From: Nemertoderma westbladi
Taxonomy: Eukaryota; Animalia; Xenacoelomorpha
Assembly: GCA_032718475.1 (NCBI GenBank)
Contig: JAUCBJ010004224.1
Location: 62,001-126,000 of the forward strand
Length of the DNA stretch: 64,000 bases
Reading direction: 5' to 3'
This document shows positions 59,060-64,000 of the stretch, in pieces. Below the pieces are notes generated by a model that saw only the letters and a program-made list of their open reading frames with translations, was not told the DNA's origin and did not search any database. The translations under genes and the position numbers were made by a program. The first letter of the stretch is position 1. Each line of letters starts with the position of its first letter.

Positions 59060-61030
59060 GAATTTATAAATACACAATGCATATATTATATATACTGAGA
59101 CTTAATTACAGAATTAAGCAGTGATTTGCCGTCGAGGATAACCCCATGAGACTATGTCTCGTTTTCATGAGGGTCCTCACTATATCAGGAAATATTAAAA
59201 TCGATAAAGGTTCTATGAAGTTGATACATATAGTATTATAGTATGTTACATATGTACATTATTGCAAATAAGTTTAAGTCGAATTGCAACAATTTAGGAA
59301 GAGCTTGAGTGTGATAAAATAAATAATATAAAACACAATTAGGCGAATAAATATAAATATTACTAATAACCATGACTAGTATCCGTTAAGTTAAAATATT
59401 CTGGGCATAGGAGTTTCACTCATAACTTTTAACAAGGAGTTTTCCTCCCTTCGGTTATCCCCTCCTCGTAAAATAAAATAAGAACATAAATAAAATAAAA
59501 ACATAAAATAAAATAAAAACGTACTGTATATACATGAAATAGGTATTATCTTAAAAACAATCTTAAAGCATAAGAGTTTATGTCATAACCTTTAGGCACA
59601 TAGAGTTTTCCTCCTCGATCAGTTTGTTAAGCAAGTACGATTTAACTTTGTGTTTAAAGGTCTCAATTGTTGGGGCGTTTTTTTATGTCCGATGGCAACG
59701 CATTCCATAGAACTGGTCCCTGATGAGCGAAAGATTCACAACCAACTGTTGTGCGGTGGAAGGGGACAACAGCCTGAGAAACCCCACTACGTAAACGAGC
59801 AGAGCTGTCCGAGAAGGTAACCAAGTCCTGCAGGTAGGCTGAGGATTGGTGGTAACGAATACGAAACATATGTGTTAGTATTATTTGCTGAACACGTTCC
59901 CGTATTGGTAACCAGTTTATCAAAACTAGATCCTCTATACCGATGTGGCTACGAGGTCGATGAGACAGACAATACCGTATGCATTTCCGCAATAACGCAT
60001 CTGCCTGCCTTTTTAGTTGCGATGGGGCACTTATGTACCAGCAAGGGGAGGCAAAGTCAAGGTGAGGTTGAATCAAAGTATTGACAAGAGGCCGCCGGAG
60101 CGATTGAGGGATAGATGCTGAGTTCCGATAGAGGAAGCGGAGTGTTGCATTTCCTTTACGAATAGCCTTACGAGCGGCCATTTCACCTGACAATGATGGA
60201 TCAAGAGGACATCCAAGGAAGTTAACAGTTTTTCCTGCTGGGAGACTTTTACCTTGGTAGATTACATTAAAGTTGTCAACATCTGAAAGTCGCTGATGAG
60301 TTCCAAAAAGCATAACCTCGAACTTTTCTGGGTGTATGCTTAAACGGTTGTTTATTGCCCATGTTGACACTTTCGATAGCTTATTTGCTAATGACTTAGC
60401 TATTTCTGCAGGATTTGTGCCAGAAGTAAGTAGGTTAGTGTCATCAACATACTTTGGCGATGGGTCTGCTTGTGTATCGACAGCTGTGTTAAAGTCTACC
60501 AGAGGATGTGTAAGCAGTTCCATGTTACTTTCTTCTCTAGGATTGGCTAGCATTACCTTGTTGCTATCTACCACTGGTCCTATTGCTAGGTTGTGCTTGT
60601 TGCCCAAGGTCTTCTTGGAATTCGAAGGAGTATGGGTTGTGGCATCCAGTGTTTGGGTTAGAGAAGTACCTTCGATGGCGAGGTTAAAGTCGTTAATGTA
60701 GTCGAGAAACATTAGCACACCAAGAAGGGACCCTTGTGGAACACCTATATCAGTTGATAATACCTGTGATTTAGAGTTTGCAATTTGGACAAATTGACAG
60801 CGACCAGTCAAATATGAGCGGAACCATAAAACAGTAGATTGTGAAAAGCCAATACATTTAAGTTTATGAAGCAGAAGGTTATGGTCAACTGTATCAAAAG
60901 CACGCTGGGGATCTATGGCTACCATTCCGACGAGTTTACCAGAATCCATTGCATTCTTTATATAGTTATCTAGAAATAGCAGGGAGATCTGGACAGAGTG
61001 TCCAGGCCTCGAACCCGATTGGAATTTATC
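59060..61030 (-). mobile_element. LINE G (L2/Crack-like), 5'-truncated; RT ORF 59663-61078
   Basis: AFDTVDH, GVPQGS, YVDDT, LRFLYR, WNALP; 3' UTR stem-loop at 59134-59178 resembles that of LINE A; boundaries approximate. Confidence 0.85.
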
Positions 61031-61399
61031 AATAATTTTTGAAGAGTGGAAGATTTGAAGATTTGGAACATTAAACATATAGCCTAATCTGCTACCATGC
61101 CTTGCAGCCCTGACCAGACCAGCTGATTATTTAAATGTTGGCTTGTGTTGGTTGAATTTATATTTTGTTTAATTAATTCGATATTCCTTGACTGTCAGAC
61201 TGTAAGGGTACCGGTACCAGGTACTTTTGTCTTGCAGCTGTACATGGATCTTAGCTCAGTAGCTGTACCCGTACGGTAGGCTATTGAATTGGCGTAACTA
61301 AATCTTGCAATACCCCCAATAAAATAACCTAACACTACATTCAGACATTCTGACTTGGTACTGTGGTACCGGTATGCGGTATGGTAATAATGTCAATTT

Positions 61400-61551
61400 T
61401 TCAATATCGCGCTAGACTCCAAATTAGTAAATTTCGTTTTAGTAACCGAGTTGTTTCAATTTGGAATAATTTATCGGATGACATAGTGAACTCTTCCAAC
61501 AAAGATATTTTTACGTCTAGATTGAAGGAGGCAAATCTACTAGCTGACTAA
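61400..61551 (+). mobile_element. CR1-like LINE 3' coding fragment
   Basis: RARLQISKFRFSNRVVSIWNNLSDDIV, the CR1 ORF2 C-terminal motif. Confidence 0.7.
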
Positions 61552-62123
61552 CCTAGGCCTAGGCCTATTGTAAATTTAATCGATTGTTATAATTTTTATT
61601 TCAATATTTTTAGACAATGCTATTGAATTAGGGCCTACCCTGTATTTTGATACTGTATGTATTTTATTTTTTACACTGGACAAGTTTTACTGGACTGCCA
61701 AGATGATTTTATTTTAATGTATGTTGTCTTACTACCGGTAGATATATTTTACTGGACTGCATAGACGTTGGAAATCAAATTTTCTTACTGTAGGCTAATT
61801 TTATTATGTCAAATTCATTTCTTAATGTACTGATGTATGTTTTTATGTCACACTAATGTTTTACTGTACCGGTACCGGTATATTTTTAGACTGGACTATT
61901 CATCAGTTCATGCAATATTGTTAGTTGTCGGTATTGCAGTATTGTACATGGATTAATATTAAGTTGTAGATATTTAGTGTTGTCTTTCACCTATTAGTGT
62001 TAATTTTTAACCTTGGTGATTTTCTCCCTCTATTAATAATTTTATAATATATGAGGTGTTAATAATAGTAATAATAATAATAGTAATGGTACCACCGCCA
62101 CCGTCTGACCGGTCCAACGAATC

Positions 62124-62223
62124 TGTACAAAAAAGTACAAAATAGTACAATATAGTACAAAAGAGTACAATAAAGTGCAAAAATAGTACAAAAGAGTGCA
62201 AAAATAGTACAAAAGAGTACAAA
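62124..62223. repeat. 10-11 bp minisatellite (AAAATAGTACA-like)
   Basis: About 10 imperfect tandem units. Confidence 0.85.
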
Positions 62224-62649
62224 CGAGTGAGAAACGCATACAAAACGTGTATACCAGTGTAGTCTACACTACACTACTGCACTACACTTGTATATATAAA
62301 TATAATGAATTCTGTAATTGTAAGCAAATGCAACGGGACCGAAATATGCTGATATGCGCCGCTACAGTGTCAATCACTAGCGCTAGCGGCCTTGGTTCTG
62401 TGGTCAGTACGAAATGATTGACAGAACTTTGATTCATGTAGATTTTGACTGGCTTACAAGTAGAAATAGGCTACAGTTCGTATAATACAATATAATGCAA
62501 TACTATGCAGTGGGTAGATAAAACTCCTATAACTGAGACTCAAAAATTAGGCCAAGTCTTAAAGTAGCCCATATACTGAAGGATAGACTGTCTGCTACTG
62601 TACATTATGTAGGCTATGTATGTCTGTATGTACGACTTGGGATTCAGAC

Positions 62650-64000
62650 TGTCTGACTGTTACCACGGAGTCTGAAATGTCGGAAGTTCTAAGTGACACA
62701 TTTTCTGCTGCGTTTATTTCTGACGACGGCATCAGTGACCCATTACCTGACCCCCCAACCTTTGAGCGTGATATTCCCCTTCTTGAGAATGTTGACGTTT
62801 CTATTGAAAATGTGATGAAGTTGTTATCTGATTTGAATCCTACCAAGTCTGCTGGCCCCGACAAACTACATAGTCGAATACTGAAAGAGTTAACCGAGGT
62901 CATTGCAGTCCCATGTCAGTTTATATTCCAGTTGTCTTTTGATTCAGGTGTTGTTCCAGACGACTGGCGTACTGCAACTATCAGTCCCTTGTTAAAGAAA
63001 CCTCCTAAACATAACCCGGATAACTATCGTCCCATATCCCTTACTTGTATCTTGGCTAAGGTCTGTGAGAAGTTTATTCGTGATGCACTTATTTGTCATT
63101 TTGAAGGAAATAATATTTTCACTGATGCCCAGCACGGTGCTCATGCTCACCGTTCTACAGTTACACAGTTACTAGAAGTAGTGGAAGACTTCTGCAACTT
63201 TGGAGCTGATGTTGTGTATCTCGATCTAAGATGAGCCTTTGACACTGTCTCACACACCCTGCTACTGCATAAATTAGAGAGTTATGGTGTAAAGGGCAAC
63301 GTTTTAGTTTGGATAGGTAACTTTCTTACTGGGCGTACCCAAACTGTTAGGGTTAATGGAGTATTAAGTGGGACTCGAATGGTGACCAGTGGCGTTCCTC
63401 AAGGGACTGTTACTGCGCCAATATTATTCTTGATCTTCGTTAACGATGTTCCTGATATGATCACATCTTGTTGTAAGATATTTGTAGATGATACGAAAAT
63501 ATACAGACAAATTTATAGTACAGACGACACCAACTTCTTGCAAGCAGACTTAAACCGGCTTGTTGAATGGGCAAACAAATGGCACTTACAGTTTAATTTT
63601 TCAAAGTGTAAAATACTTCACCTTGGTCGTAGAAATCCATCAACGCCATACTACATGTCTAACACAGTTCTGGATGCAGTATGCGAAGAGAAAGACCTCG
63701 GTGTTACTTTTAGTTCCAATATGTCATTCTCCGCTCATTGTTCTAATATTGCTGCTCGTGCGACACGTATTCTTAACTTATTAAAACACACATTCACGTT
63801 TATGGAACCGATAATGTTTACCAAGTTATATAAGTCTATAATTCGTCTGCTACTCGAATATGGTACAGTTGTATGGTCACCGTATCTTCAAAAGGATATC
63901 GAGCACATAGAACAAGTGCAACGCCGCGCAACCCGTATGGTACCTTCACTACACCATCTGTCATATGAGGAGCGTCTTCGTTCACTTAAAATACCGACAC
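62650..64000 (+). mobile_element. CR1-like LINE RT region, 5'-truncated, runs off the window end; stop at 63232-63234
   Basis: KSAGPD, PDDWRTA, NYRPISLT, QHG, YLD..AFD, SGVPQG, FVDDTK, EKDLGV, QVQRRATR. Confidence 0.9.

Noticed and set aside
62007-62243. Hydrophobic/Cys-Tyr repeat ORFs
   Set aside because: Translations of a 10-11 bp minisatellite and (TAA)n

Overview
Eukaryotic (probably invertebrate animal), AT-rich window made almost entirely of nested retrotransposons; no host gene, rRNA, tRNA or CRISPR array is recognisable. It holds three related BEL/Pao LTR elements: copy 1 on the minus strand (12588-31030), copy 3 on the plus strand (31031-33231 + 50832-56455), and copy 2, a complete two-LTR non-autonomous derivative (37679-49489). 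It also holds at least eight LINE copies or fragments (L2/Crack/Daphne-like, RTEX-like, CR1-like), a Penelope-like element with inverted pseudo-LTRs, and a 1 kb Helitron/Helentron-like element. Target-site duplications allow the insertion order to be reconstructed. The main result is that this BEL family carries a third ORF in the env position. It is reconstructed as one ~1417-aa frame with a WRN/Mut-7/EXD-type DEDDy 3'-5' exonuclease-like domain, three CCHC zinc knuckles and a basic C-terminus. In addition, copy 2 has no tRNA-type primer-binding site; its PBS position is a perfect 12-nt complement of a sequence inside its own LTR, suggesting self-priming. Copy 2 also keeps an uninterrupted Gag-protease ORF despite in-frame loss of RT/RNase H and integrase. 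Domain and clade calls are by eye from motifs; no searches were run.
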